From IMG/VR virus record IMGVR_UViG_3300032282_002699, positions 26,323 through 90,322 of that record: 64,000 nt of DNA; one strand, 5' to 3'. This DNA is from a virus. Of the stretch, positions 1 to 9,621 are shown in pieces; position 1 is the stretch's first letter, and each line of letters opens with the position of its first letter. The notes beneath the pieces are model-generated. The model was not told the DNA's origin. It did not search any database and was given only the letters and a program-made list of their open reading frames with translations. The translations under genes were made by a program, and so were the position numbers.

Positions 1-1
1 G

Positions 2-424
2 GTCAAACAGTTTTGGGCTCAAATCCAGGGTGACATCCCCCAGGGGTGGCGAATCTGCGGTGAGAACCTTTGGGCCCGCCACAGCATTTCCTACTCTGAT
101 CTGCAGTCGTTTTTCTACGGGTTCAGCATCTGGGATGAAAACAACATGGCTCTCTCTTGGGAGGATACTGTTGAATACTTCGGTATGCTTGGTGTCCAGC
201 CGGTGCCCGTTATCTACTCTGGGGTCTGGAACGAGAAGGAAATTCGCAACCTTGTGAAGGGCCTTGACGTGTCCAAGACTGAGGGTTACGTTGTTCGCCT
301 GGCTGATGCCTTTGCCTACGACAACTTCAGCCAATCCGTGGCAAAGTTTGTCCGCAAGGGCCATGTTCAGACCGACAAGCACTGGCGGCATCAGGCTATT
401 GTCCCCAATGCCCTCATTGCTTGA
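2..424 (+). CDS. RNA ligase (Rnl2-like family), 5'-truncated by window
   Basis: The frame is open from nt 2 (VKQFWAQIQGDIPQGWRICGENLWARHSI...FYGFSIWD...EGYVVRLAD...AKFVRKGHVQTDKHW). It carries nucleotidyltransferase motifs GE, EGYV and AKFV. Confidence 0.8.
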   Translation, partial: VKQFWAQIQGDIPQGWRICGENLWARHSISYSDLQSFFYGFSIWDENNMALSWEDTVEYFGMLGVQPVPVIYSGVWNEKEIRNLVKGLDVSKTEGYVVRLADAFAYDNFSQSVAKFVRKGHVQTDKHWRHQAIVPNALIA

Positions 425-430
425 TTGACT

Positions 431-453
431 GGCCCCTGGGAAAGGGGCCTTTT
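431..453 (+). terminator. Rho-independent terminator
   Basis: GGCCCC-TGGGAAA-GGGGCC followed by TTTT. Confidence 0.65.
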
Positions 454-513
454 CTCTATTGACTATCGGCGGGTAAGAGAATGGGGTTGACCCGCCAAAT
501 AAATACCCCAGTT

Positions 514-1278
514 ATGAAATTAGAAGCAGTAATCGTCTGTGTGAACTACGCCGACTTCCTATCACATACTCTGCCAAGTTCCTCCTCTCAGATTGATAAC
601 CTCGTTGTTGTTACGCATCCTAGCGACAAGGACACACAGGCACTATGTTCCTATTATGGGGTTGAATGCGTTGTAACGGAAGTTTTTTACGAAAACGGAG
701 ACATTTTCAATAAAGGTAAGGGTATCTGTGAGGGGTTGAAACACCTTGACATGGACGGGTGGGTGCTTCACATGGATGCTGATATTTACCTCCCTCCAAC
801 AACTAGGAAGGCTCTTGATAATGTCCCATTGGACTCATCTAAGATTTACGGGGTTGACAGGTTGATGTGTCAAGGGTATGACAAGTGGGTTAAGTTCATA
901 GAAAACCCCCGGCCCATACACACTTCCGGCTACCTCGTCCACTTAGGCTATTTCCCTGTTGGAGCACGTTTGGTGAAGTACAAGGATCCGGGACAAGGGT
1001 ATGAGCCGATCGGGTTTTTCCAGCTATGGGACCCTTCAGGGTCGGGGGTGTACGAGTACCCTAAGAAGCATGGTGCGGCGGACAAAACAGACGTCATCCA
1101 TGCTAAGAAGTGGCCCAGGAGTAAGAGGGAGCTTTTGCCGGAAGTTGTTGTTATCCATCTGGCAACAACTCAGAAGATGGGGGCTAATTGGAATGGTAGG
1201 ACTTCCCCAAGGTTTGGAAACTTCTCCACCTCTGACTACCTTGACCTACCTGATTACGGAGGTTATTCATCAACCTAA
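514..1278 (+). CDS. GT-A fold glycosyltransferase (GT2-like)
   Basis: N-terminal VIVCVNYADFL, FNKGKGI, DxD motif HMDADIYL, GFFQLW. Alternative ATG at 481. Confidence 0.7.
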   Translation: MKLEAVIVCVNYADFLSHTLPSSSSQIDNLVVVTHPSDKDTQALCSYYGVECVVTEVFYENGDIFNKGKGICEGLKHLDMDGWVLHMDADIYLPPTTRKALDNVPLDSSKIYGVDRLMCQGYDKWVKFIENPRPIHTSGYLVHLGYFPVGARLVKYKDPGQGYEPIGFFQLWDPSGSGVYEYPKKHGAADKTDVIHAKKWPRSKRELLPEVVVIHLATTQKMGANWNGRTSPRFGNFSTSDYLDLPDYGGYSST

Positions 1279-1331
1279 CGGTAACTACACTTTTCTAAAA
1301 CTTTTCTAAACTTTCCAACAAGTTTTGTAAA

Positions 1332-1859
1332 ATGGTAACTATCTACAAACCTCCCACAAGTCTATCGAGTGTATGGTCACGGGACAGGTATAAGGTGTTT
1401 CTGGCGGGATCAATCGAGATGGGGAAGGCTGAGGATTGGCAATCCCGCATTGAGAGTGAACTGTCCGATCTTGATATGGACATTTACAACCCCCGCAGAG
1501 ATGACTGGGATTCCACCTGGGAGCAGAGGGCCGATAATCCTCAGTTTAGGGAACAGGTGGAATGGGAGCTTTCGGCCCTTGAGGCTGTCAACACCATTGT
1601 CATGTACCTGTCGCCTGGGACAATCAGCCCCATCTCCTTGTTGGAGCTTGGCTTATTTGCAAAACCTTTCAACGGGAGGCTAATCGTTTGTTGTCCCGAG
1701 GGTTTTCACAGAAAGGGCAACGTTGACATTGTTTGCCAAAGGTGCAACATTAAGCAGGTTGAGCAACTAGATGATGTGGTTTCTCTGCTAAGACAGAAAG
1801 AGGAAAAGTTCAGGAATGAACCTGCACCTGGTCCTTACGAACTTTTCATTATCTCTTGA
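1332..1859 (+). CDS. Nucleoside 2-deoxyribosyltransferase-like protein
   Basis: VFLAGSIEMG..DWQ, NPRRDDWD, QVEWEL, SPISLLELG motifs. Confidence 0.8.
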   Translation: MVTIYKPPTSLSSVWSRDRYKVFLAGSIEMGKAEDWQSRIESELSDLDMDIYNPRRDDWDSTWEQRADNPQFREQVEWELSALEAVNTIVMYLSPGTISPISLLELGLFAKPFNGRLIVCCPEGFHRKGNVDIVCQRCNIKQVEQLDDVVSLLRQKEEKFRNEPAPGPYELFIIS

Positions 1860-1925
1860 AGTGAGGGGGTAATAATAATAAAAAAAAGTTTTTCATATTC
1901 TTTTGAAAATTATTTCTAGGCAAGT

Positions 1926-2207
1926 ATGGTATCTCTGAAGATAGTTGTTAAGTCGGGAGGAAAGTGGCACCGGGCCATCTATACAAATGACTCCACGGGG
2001 GTTCAAGTCGCTGTTCTGGTTAGGGAGCCCCAAGGGGACAAGGTGAGGCTGTCCATTCCGATCGAAGGGATGGGAGGCTGGGCCGTGACCCTCCCGTCGC
2101 CGCAACTGGCTACCAAAGTGGCTCACAGGGAGGTGTCGATGGTCGGAAGGCTCTACAACAGGATCGTGTTCCTGCCGTGGGCGTTCATCCGTCACGAGCT
2201 TCGTTGA
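1926..2207 (+). CDS. hypothetical protein
   Basis: ORF track; co-oriented and fills the gap between genes. Confidence 0.55.
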   Translation: MVSLKIVVKSGGKWHRAIYTNDSTGVQVAVLVREPQGDKVRLSIPIEGMGGWAVTLPSPQLATKVAHREVSMVGRLYNRIVFLPWAFIRHELR

Positions 2208-2233
2208 CCTCCGGCCCCCTGGCGTGCTATAGT
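2204..2233 (+). promoter_or_regulatory. sigma70-like promoter
   Basis: TTGACC-N18-TATAGT with extended TG. Confidence 0.6.
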
Positions 2234-2257
2234 GTAAGCAGTTAGGTGCCAACGGAA

Positions 2258-2893
2258 ATGCAAGTAAGGTTTATAGGAGATGTACACGGGAAGTGGAACA
2301 TCTATAAGAAGATAATCAAAGGGTGTGACCGATCCTTGCAGGTGGGGGACTTTGGGGTGGGCTTCCGTAACCCGATGACGGAAAAAGACTATAGCAATCC
2401 CCCCTACGACCACATGAAGAAGGGTGAGCATTACTTCATCCGGGGTAACCACGATAACCCCGCAGTTTGCTCTAGGCACCCGTTCTGGATCAAGGATGGT
2501 GGCAATGTTTTCGGGAGAAACGACATCTTCTGTGTCGGCGGAGCACTGTCTATAGACAAGGATCGTCGGACTGAGGGGTACGACTGGTGGCACGATGAGG
2601 AGCTTTCCTATGGGCAGCTCTGCAATCTCATGGATGCCTATGAGCTTATCAAGCCTGCCATTGTCGTGAGCCATGAGTGCCCCGATACTGTGATTTCAAG
2701 GGTTTGCCATGAGAAGGGAATGCACAAGTATGACATCCCCTCTGTGACAAGAAGGTGCTTCGACAACTTCCTAGAGATTCATAGGCCTGACATCTGGATT
2801 CATGGCCATTGGCATCTCTCGTATTGGGCTATTCACAGGGGAGTCCAGTTCATCGGTTTGGGTGAACTAGAGCATCTTGACCTTGACATTTAA
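2258..2893 (+). CDS. Calcineurin-like metallophosphoesterase
   Basis: GDVHG, GDFG, RGNHD, SHE and HGHWH motifs. Confidence 0.85.
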   Translation: MQVRFIGDVHGKWNIYKKIIKGCDRSLQVGDFGVGFRNPMTEKDYSNPPYDHMKKGEHYFIRGNHDNPAVCSRHPFWIKDGGNVFGRNDIFCVGGALSIDKDRRTEGYDWWHDEELSYGQLCNLMDAYELIKPAIVVSHECPDTVISRVCHEKGMHKYDIPSVTRRCFDNFLEIHRPDIWIHGHWHLSYWAIHRGVQFIGLGELEHLDLDI

Positions 2894-2904
2894 CCCGTTG
2901 TTAG

Positions 2905-3294
2905 ATGACCGAATCACTTAGTTTAATGGACATAGACGAGTTCATAGTTAGTTACGGGAAGTTGTTCGACTTCAAGGAGTTTAAGTATGACCTTCTCTAC
3001 GAAGCAACAGAAGTTGAAACTTTCTTCGGTCGCAAGAAGGTTGAAAACAGGTACTACATGACACGCTCCTGCCGGGATACCATCTACGAAGGGGTGCATC
3101 ATGTTTTCTCCTATGACCGCTTATTCGGCTCATACAAGTTTGTGAGGCCAAATCATTTACCACACGACAGGATATCTACAGTGTACTGGGAAGATCGCCA
3201 AGATTCTATCAATTTCCTGACAACATTGAAGGGTCGGCTAGACCCGAAGGAGCACGTGTCTTATGTTGTGTTTAGCTCCGACGATGTTCCTTAG
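2905..3294 (+). CDS. hypothetical protein
   Basis: ORF track. Confidence 0.55.
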   Translation: MTESLSLMDIDEFIVSYGKLFDFKEFKYDLLYEATEVETFFGRKKVENRYYMTRSCRDTIYEGVHHVFSYDRLFGSYKFVRPNHLPHDRISTVYWEDRQDSINFLTTLKGRLDPKEHVSYVVFSSDDVP

Positions 3295-3336
3295 CAAGGG
3301 TAAAATCTTGACTGTCGTATCAATTCTCCCAGAGAA

Positions 3337-3435
3337 ATGGGATTCCCTTATGGAGTAACAGCGGGGATCGGTCTTGTTTTACTAGCAACGATCTGGTTTA
3401 TTTATTACGTTCTAACCCTAGATTCCACGAAATAG
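3337..3435 (+). CDS. small membrane protein (32 aa)
   Basis: Hand-translated MGFPYGVTAGIGLVLLATIWFIYYVLTLDSTK: one TM helix, downstream of a GGGTAAA motif. Confidence 0.5.
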   Translation: MGFPYGVTAGIGLVLLATIWFIYYVLTLDSTK

Positions 3436-3690
3436 TAGAGAAATGTTTGAGCTTAAACTGAATGAGGCTGCGTCCATCGTATGCAGAAACCCTGTCCATG
3501 TGCCACAAGCTGTATCACTACTATCCAAATCACTACCAAAAGACAACTCCGTGTCCATGAGTGTGGACGCTATAGTTAGTCACTGGTGGGACCGACAGCT
3601 CTTCCTTAACATTAAGCTGACGTGAAAATAGGGTAATAGTTCAGCTAAAGGACTTTTTAACAATGTCCTAGTAGTTGTTCAGTTTAATCT

Positions 3691-3978
3691 ATGGTTCACT
3701 TATTAGTATCGGAGGGGAGGAATACCGACCCAGTAAGATTCTTTCGCAGCAGGGTTAGGGTTTATGTGGGTGAAGACTATGCCTATGGCTTCTGGGTAGA
3801 TGAGGACGTTCTATTTTCTTTCCTAGACATTGACCAGAAGAAGGAATACCTGACTAAAAAGAAAGGAATCCCCTTAGAGTTGACAATAGAGCGCCGTCTG
3901 GTTCAGCGGCTTGTGGAGACCGATCACACCATCAAGGGTAAGAGGGAGATCCTCCAGTTTTTGTCAGAGGTTGACTAA
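3691..3978 (+). CDS. hypothetical protein
   Basis: ORF track. Confidence 0.55.
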   Translation: MVHLLVSEGRNTDPVRFFRSRVRVYVGEDYAYGFWVDEDVLFSFLDIDQKKEYLTKKKGIPLELTIERRLVQRLVETDHTIKGKREILQFLSEVD

Positions 3979-4022
3979 GGTAGGGTAAAATGCTAAAATG
4001 GTAGGAGGACGCTCGGAGTCAA

Positions 4023-4184
4023 ATGGACATTAACAGCCCCGAAATCAGCAGGAAGCTTGCTATTCTGATTCAGTACCTTGACTTTGAGGAAAGGCGGAAG
4101 TTCCTTGAGAAGGCGGCTGAGTCCCCTGACCTGCGCTTTTTCCTGGAGAGTTTGATCGAAGCTAAGGGGGTTAAGGACTTATGA
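4023..4184 (+). CDS. hypothetical protein (53 aa)
   Basis: Hand-translated MDINSPEISRKLAIL...; its stop overlaps the next ATG (ATGA). Confidence 0.55.
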   Translation: MDINSPEISRKLAILIQYLDFEERRKFLEKAAESPDLRFFLESLIEAKGVKDL

Positions 4185-5074
4185 CAATCCTTTCTTTCTC
4201 TGGCAAGGACAGATGCCACCTTGGTAAATCATGTGGGGCCTCTTGTATTTCCTCCCTAAAGAGATGTGTTATCGAACTGGGTGAGGTTTTTAAGGGTTCG
4301 CTTGATAAACTAAAGTCTCGTGTTTCTGGGGTTTTCAAAAAGGAACCTTCCCCATTAGAGGGGTCACCTAAGTATGATAAGACGTTAGGAAGCAGGACAC
4401 CCCTAGAGAAGGGGAAGGTCACAGATAAAACTACGCTTGCCGACGTTTATAAAATGCAAGGGTTCAACTCTAAGCCCGAGCTAGTTGCAAAGAGAACCGA
4501 CCTACTGGGCAGAGGAGATACTCTCAGGGATAGTTCGGGAGCCCCGGTTATGTTTTATAGGGGTGTATCCAATAAGGAATACTCTAACCAGTTTAAGGGG
4601 GCGGGGGAAAATGGGGGGGTTCACTTCCCAGGAAAGGGGGTATACGGGGATGGTACTTATGCCGCCGCTAGCTCTGTCAAGGACGAGAAAGCATCTAGAC
4701 ACGCTAGAAACACCGCCATTAGCTACTCACAGCCAACGAATGTACTGTCCTTATCCCCCGGTAAGAGAGAACTTAACAGGAGGGTAACTGCTTTTTCCTT
4801 GCGAAGGGATGCAAATCTAGTACAGTTTGAGGGGACTCCTCAGGAGAGGCACAGCAAGTTCTGGGAGTGGGCTAATAAAACCGTTGATGCAGCGAGAAAG
4901 CAAACAGGAGTTCCTATAAATGACGTTGGTCTTGCCGCTGCAATAATGGGCATCCATGCCTACCAGGTTCCACTAGAGCCTGTGGAAGGGAGGAAGTTCT
5001 CAGATTATTGGGTTATACTAAACCGGGGAGCAGTCATAGCAGCAGTGAATCCAGAGCTTTATCCTAAAAAATAA
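4181..5074 (+). CDS. Cys-motif protein with putative ADP-ribosyltransferase-like C-terminal domain
   Basis: N-terminal C-x3-KSCGASCIS-x3-RC; C-terminal FYRGV...GxGVYGDGTYAA, typical of ART-like phage domains. Confidence 0.45.
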   Translation: MTILSFSGKDRCHLGKSCGASCISSLKRCVIELGEVFKGSLDKLKSRVSGVFKKEPSPLEGSPKYDKTLGSRTPLEKGKVTDKTTLADVYKMQGFNSKPELVAKRTDLLGRGDTLRDSSGAPVMFYRGVSNKEYSNQFKGAGENGGVHFPGKGVYGDGTYAAASSVKDEKASRHARNTAISYSQPTNVLSLSPGKRELNRRVTAFSLRRDANLVQFEGTPQERHSKFWEWANKTVDAARKQTGVPINDVGLAAAIMGIHAYQVPLEPVEGRKFSDYWVILNRGAVIAAVNPELYPKK

Positions 5075-5085
5075 ACCACATAACT

Positions 5086-5617
5086 ATGGAAAGAACACAA
5101 CCAACTAATCTTTGCGGACTTAAGTCCCAATATGAATTCGTAGAAGATTGCTTAGGCTACTATCGGAAAAACGGCATAGAGCAAGGCAACCCCGATCACG
5201 GTACTTGGGACAAGTGTCATTACCCAGCACCTAAATGTTTAGGGGGCAAGAATACTATCATGTTACTTAAAGAGCACCACGCAGTTCAGGGGGTGCTTCA
5301 GTCTGAAGAGTATTGCCATCCCTGCATATTTGGTTGGGAGAAGAATTTTTTTTGTCAGGCAGGGAGTTAGAGACATGGGGATAAAAGCCAGAAAAAATGA
5401 GTCTTATGAGGTAAAGGCGGCCAGGGCTCTTGCTATACCTAAGGAGGCTACCGCTAAAGCGAGAGCTATACTAAACTCTAGAAAGTTTAGGTGCCTGGTT
5501 ACGGGCAAAGTTTCTACATGCGGACCGCTAACCAGATTTCAAATGAAGAGGGGTATAGATCCATCTCTAAGGGAAGAACTATTCAACCTTGACACGAAAA
5601 ACCATGAATCAAACTAA
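5086..5617 (+). pseudogene. HNH-type homing endonuclease remnant, frameshifted
   Basis: CHYPAPKCLGG...LLKEHHAVQGVLQSEE in ORF 5086-5370, and C-terminal FRCLVTGKVSTCGPL in ORF 5330-5617. The two frames join at a T8 run (5346-5353). Confidence 0.55.
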
Positions 5618-7637
5618 CGGCTACATTCCTGTAAGTATAACCAAACAAGTCAAAGAAGATTATCTAGCTTACTCTCTCAGTGTCTTAGTAGGAAGGGCAA
5701 TCCCGGATCTCTACGACGGTCTTAAAGTTTCCCAGAGAAGGATTCTACAAGTTATGGTAGAGGAAGGTCTCCTACCTGACAAAAAATATGTAAAGTCCGC
5801 CAGGATCACCGGCTTGACTATGGGCCTTCTACACCCTCAAGGGGATTGCTATGGTACCTTGGTAAATATGGCAACTACATGGACTAACAATGTCCCTTGG
5901 ATTGATGGACATGGCAACTTCGGTAGCAGTACGGATCAAGCTGCTAGCCCGAGGTACACTGAAGCTAAATTACGTCCAGAGGCTGTGGATCTCCTTCTAC
6001 AGGATCGCCAGGTCTGGGACACTAAACCAAACTACGACGGCTCCCGCTCAGAGGCAGTTCGCTTTAACAGCTCAATACCTACAGTTTTACTTAACGGGGA
6101 CTCCGGAATTGCAGTAGGATTTGCAACCAAGTTAGCTCCTCACAACCTCCAATCAGTTGTTGAAAGTATCAAACTTATCTGCAAAGACTCCGCTAGTGAA
6201 AAGACAAGGGTGGAGAACTTAAGGAAAGCTAGGGAATGTTTAGTACCGGATTTCCCTACAGGGCCGAACGTAGTTAAAGATGATCAATTGAACCAGTACC
6301 TCAAAACGGGTTCGGGAAACATAAGGTGCATCGCTAAGCACTCCGTCTCAACGGTTAAGAAGCAGGGGAAAGGGAAAGAACTCCCTACAATTACTTTTAC
6401 TAACCTCCCTCCTGGCACCAATCCTGAACGCCTAGGGGAGCAGATCAAGAATGAACTGGAAAAGGGTAGGATTGTAGGTGTTACTGGTATAAACGACCTC
6501 TCCGACTTAAGCGGGGATCGCTTAGAGGTTGTCGCAAAGTCTGGCACTAACGTTGAATCTTTAAAACAACAGCTTTTCTTCTATACAGACTTAGACACCA
6601 AGTATTCAGCAAAAACCTTAGTAATAGATGGTACTAACCCTGTGGAACTACCTCCGGTAGACATAGTAAAAAGGTGGGTTTCATGGAGGCTTGGGGTATT
6701 ACTGGCAAAGTTTAATAAGGAGTTAGGTCTTAAAAGAGATAGGGCTCACATTGTAGAGGGTCTAGTCAAAGCCATTGACAAGATGGATCTTATCATTAAG
6801 AGGATCCGAGCGTCCAAGGACAAAGCGGAAGCCAAAGCGGCTCTGATGGGTGGTTCGCTTAAGTTCACTGAGCCACAGGCAGAGGCTATCCTGGAGATGA
6901 GGCTTCGCCAGCTAACTAACCTTGACCAGAAGGATCTAGAGGATGAACTGGCGAGTCTTTTGGCCAGGATTAAGGAACTAGAGACTTTGGTGAATGGTGA
7001 TGCTGAAGGGGTAGCCGCAAGGAAAAAGTTCTTAGTTCAGGTAGTTTCCGAGATAGGGAAGAAGTATGGGGAAGATCGCAAGAGCCCTTTGATTGAAGTG
7101 GCTGAGGAGTTTGTCAATAAGTCGGAAGGAGTAGCTAGGAAAACTATTGCTGCCGCACCGAAGCCCAAATTCATCAAAATAGACGCTACCAAGGGGGTGG
7201 TTGAACAGTCTAAAGGACCCAGGGGAGCCCTTGTGATCGATGCTAAGGAGAAAGTCATCCTTATGACTGAAGATGGCACTCTGAAGAAAGTCGGGGCTAA
7301 CTTCAAGGGCCCAATCTCTGTCGGATTCTCTAAGGTAGTTTTAGGGAAAAGGGAGAAAGAAGTCTCTATCCGGTCTTATCTGACAGTGTTTGAGCTGGAG
7401 GGTCAAGTCAGGGCAATGGTGGTGAAGGGGGAGGATTTATGTAAATCAACTAGCAAAGGGAAGAAGTGGCTACCGGAGGGGGCCAAACTGGTTTACTTTG
7501 GGGAGGGGACCCATACAATAGAGTGGGTGTCGAAGAGGAAGAAGCCGATGGTCGTCACCCTTGAGACCAAGGTTGGGAAGCCTGGGGCAAGGGGAGTGAA
7601 GATCGGGGATTCTAAGGACATTGCGTCGGTGGGGTAA
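5604..7637 (+). CDS. gyrA: Type IIA topoisomerase subunit A (GyrA/ParC-like)
   Basis: RAIPDLYDGLK..QRRIL, HPQGD, GHGNFGS, catalytic AASPRYTE, GIAVGFAT, PDFPTG, QAEAILEMRLRQLT. Confidence 0.92.
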   Translation: MNQTNGYIPVSITKQVKEDYLAYSLSVLVGRAIPDLYDGLKVSQRRILQVMVEEGLLPDKKYVKSARITGLTMGLLHPQGDCYGTLVNMATTWTNNVPWIDGHGNFGSSTDQAASPRYTEAKLRPEAVDLLLQDRQVWDTKPNYDGSRSEAVRFNSSIPTVLLNGDSGIAVGFATKLAPHNLQSVVESIKLICKDSASEKTRVENLRKARECLVPDFPTGPNVVKDDQLNQYLKTGSGNIRCIAKHSVSTVKKQGKGKELPTITFTNLPPGTNPERLGEQIKNELEKGRIVGVTGINDLSDLSGDRLEVVAKSGTNVESLKQQLFFYTDLDTKYSAKTLVIDGTNPVELPPVDIVKRWVSWRLGVLLAKFNKELGLKRDRAHIVEGLVKAIDKMDLIIKRIRASKDKAEAKAALMGGSLKFTEPQAEAILEMRLRQLTNLDQKDLEDELASLLARIKELETLVNGDAEGVAARKKFLVQVVSEIGKKYGEDRKSPLIEVAEEFVNKSEGVARKTIAAAPKPKFIKIDATKGVVEQSKGPRGALVIDAKEKVILMTEDGTLKKVGANFKGPISVGFSKVVLGKREKEVSIRSYLTVFELEGQVRAMVVKGEDLCKSTSKGKKWLPEGAKLVYFGEGTHTIEWVSKRKKPMVVTLETKVGKPGARGVKIGDSKDIASVG

Positions 7638-7742
7638 ATCTAGGTATCTACTAGGGGTCGCATGGATGTATCCGTAAAAGTTTGGAGAAGTTTTCTCTTT
7701 TCTTGACTAAGTAACAAAAGACCATCTAATCACATTAAAGCC

Positions 7743-8285
7743 ATGTCAATCGTATATCCAGTATCCCGTTTACTAGCACAACCAAAAATCTTCAACGCCA
7801 TTGCTAATCATTTCAAAGGCCCTGATGCAGAAACGATCCGTACCTCCTTCTACGACCTGTTAGAGATTGAGTTTGACGACCAGGAGCCGGAAGATTGTGA
7901 GTTTGATGCCCAGGAAGTGGAGTTTGAGTGTGAGGGTGATGGGGCAATCTTCACCATTCAACTGGATACTGGCATAGCCTGTAAGCTTGAGGCGGTTGAA
8001 GGTGAGGTAAGGGCTCACATTAAGACGGACAGGGAGCTAGCTGCCACCTCAGCAGTGTACCAAAGGCTGGTCACAGCCATTGAGGAGAGCTGCCCTGAGT
8101 TTATGGGGGACATTGCCCTTTGCTCCCCACCGACCCCTGGAAATAACTTTCTCAGTTCAGAGGAGGGGGATTGTTTCATTGGGAGCTTCCACCTGAAGTC
8201 TAACCCTGAGCAGAGGTTTTCGTTCAATGTTTTGGTAATTGACCCTGACTCTGACGAAATGCAGGCTACCATTAAACCAATGTGA
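7743..8285 (+). CDS. hypothetical acidic protein
   Basis: ORF track. Confidence 0.65.
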   Translation: MSIVYPVSRLLAQPKIFNAIANHFKGPDAETIRTSFYDLLEIEFDDQEPEDCEFDAQEVEFECEGDGAIFTIQLDTGIACKLEAVEGEVRAHIKTDRELAATSAVYQRLVTAIEESCPEFMGDIALCSPPTPGNNFLSSEEGDCFIGSFHLKSNPEQRFSFNVLVIDPDSDEMQATIKPM

Positions 8286-8314
8286 ACTCAGGTTTGGTAT
8301 TATGCGGTAGGGGG

Positions 8315-8343
8315 TTGACAGGCCGACCCCACCCACCTAAGAT
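8315..8343 (+). promoter_or_regulatory. sigma70-like promoter
   Basis: TTGACA-N17-TAAGAT. Confidence 0.55.
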
Positions 8344-8399
8344 GGTGGCAGCAGGCTCCGCCCCGACTTCGGGCAGCTCAAAACAACGTAACAAACCGG

Positions 8400-9233
8400 A
8401 TGAACGAAAATCTAAGAAATGCCACTGAGTCTCTGAGAACGTCCATCAGACAGCTAAAGTCTAAGATCAATGCAGTTAAGGCCGACATTGAAGCATTGTC
8501 AATGGAGTTTGATAGGACTTTAGATAAGTTTGATAAAATTGAGAGAGAGTCGTTCTCCTATATTGACATGATGCACCGCCACTATGAAAGGAAGCTCAAG
8601 CTGGCGGAAAAAGAGATAAGGGTTGATACCATCAGACAGATAGTAAACAACACTGCCCTCTCTGAAGATGATGAGTTTAGTGACATTGACCCTGAGGATT
8701 TGGGTGTATCCACCACAGTGTCCATCCTAGAGGCGTTTATAGACATCATCGCAGACGGGGATGAGGGATTTGAATTGATGTCCAGGGCGGTCCTATTCCG
8801 ATGCGTCTATGAGAAGTTGGTGGGCACGGGTACAAACCCAGAGGACTACTTTATCCTCAAGGTTCCTGAAGATGCTGTGAGCATAGCTGACTATGGCCGA
8901 GAGTTCTCTAAAGAGATAATCAATAAAACTCCGTATCAACTTACAAACAAGGCTGTATGGGATTCGATCATAGGGGAAGTTTCCGAGTGGTGGAAAACGT
9001 CTATGTTACCTTTCCTTTACGGGGACGTTATTCCAGACGTGTCAGATGAGCCCTATCAACTAGACGATATCAAAAGGTGGAAAGATCACGAGGCGCTTAG
9101 GTACAAGGAGTTTCCCAGAGTCAATGACGTCACTAACAAACTACTGTCATTTAAGGATAGGATTGATAGAGCAGCCGGGGTGAGCGGGTTAACTACAGAA
9201 TTTGTGAAGAGGAAGATGGGTAAGATTAGTTGA
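8400..9233 (+). CDS. hypothetical protein, N-terminal coiled coil
   Basis: ORF track; heptad-like N-terminus. Confidence 0.65.
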   Translation: MNENLRNATESLRTSIRQLKSKINAVKADIEALSMEFDRTLDKFDKIERESFSYIDMMHRHYERKLKLAEKEIRVDTIRQIVNNTALSEDDEFSDIDPEDLGVSTTVSILEAFIDIIADGDEGFELMSRAVLFRCVYEKLVGTGTNPEDYFILKVPEDAVSIADYGREFSKEIINKTPYQLTNKAVWDSIIGEVSEWWKTSMLPFLYGDVIPDVSDEPYQLDDIKRWKDHEALRYKEFPRVNDVTNKLLSFKDRIDRAAGVSGLTTEFVKRKMGKIS

Positions 9234-9248
9234 TTACTGAGGATTAAA

Positions 9249-9575
9249 ATGGTACCTAGAACCGTTCAGATGAGCAAGGTTATCAGCTCTGTGATTGGTC
9301 CATACTACGAGTCTCAGTTGGGGAACATTCTGGGACCGCAGGGGTTTGGTTGGTCAAACCTCAACGCCCAGTGGTTTCTTAACGGACCCACCACTCTGGG
9401 AAACCCCGCCATCTTCAGCTATGTGATCCATCACTATGATCCAGATGGAACGCCATACTACTCCCAGCCCCCTGTTAGAAGGCATCTGAGCCTAGGCTCC
9501 TGTCTCCACCCTGTGGCAGACAACCCCGTCCCGCCGCCCCTTTCCGACCTGTCACTAGGGATGTACGGAGGGTGA
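9249..9575 (+). CDS. hypothetical protein
   Basis: ORF track. Confidence 0.55.
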   Translation: MVPRTVQMSKVISSVIGPYYESQLGNILGPQGFGWSNLNAQWFLNGPTTLGNPAIFSYVIHHYDPDGTPYYSQPPVRRHLSLGSCLHPVADNPVPPPLSDLSLGMYGG

Positions 9576-9621
9576 TAGGGGTTAAACCCCTGTAAACCAA
9601 TAAACTACAATCTATCGCTCC

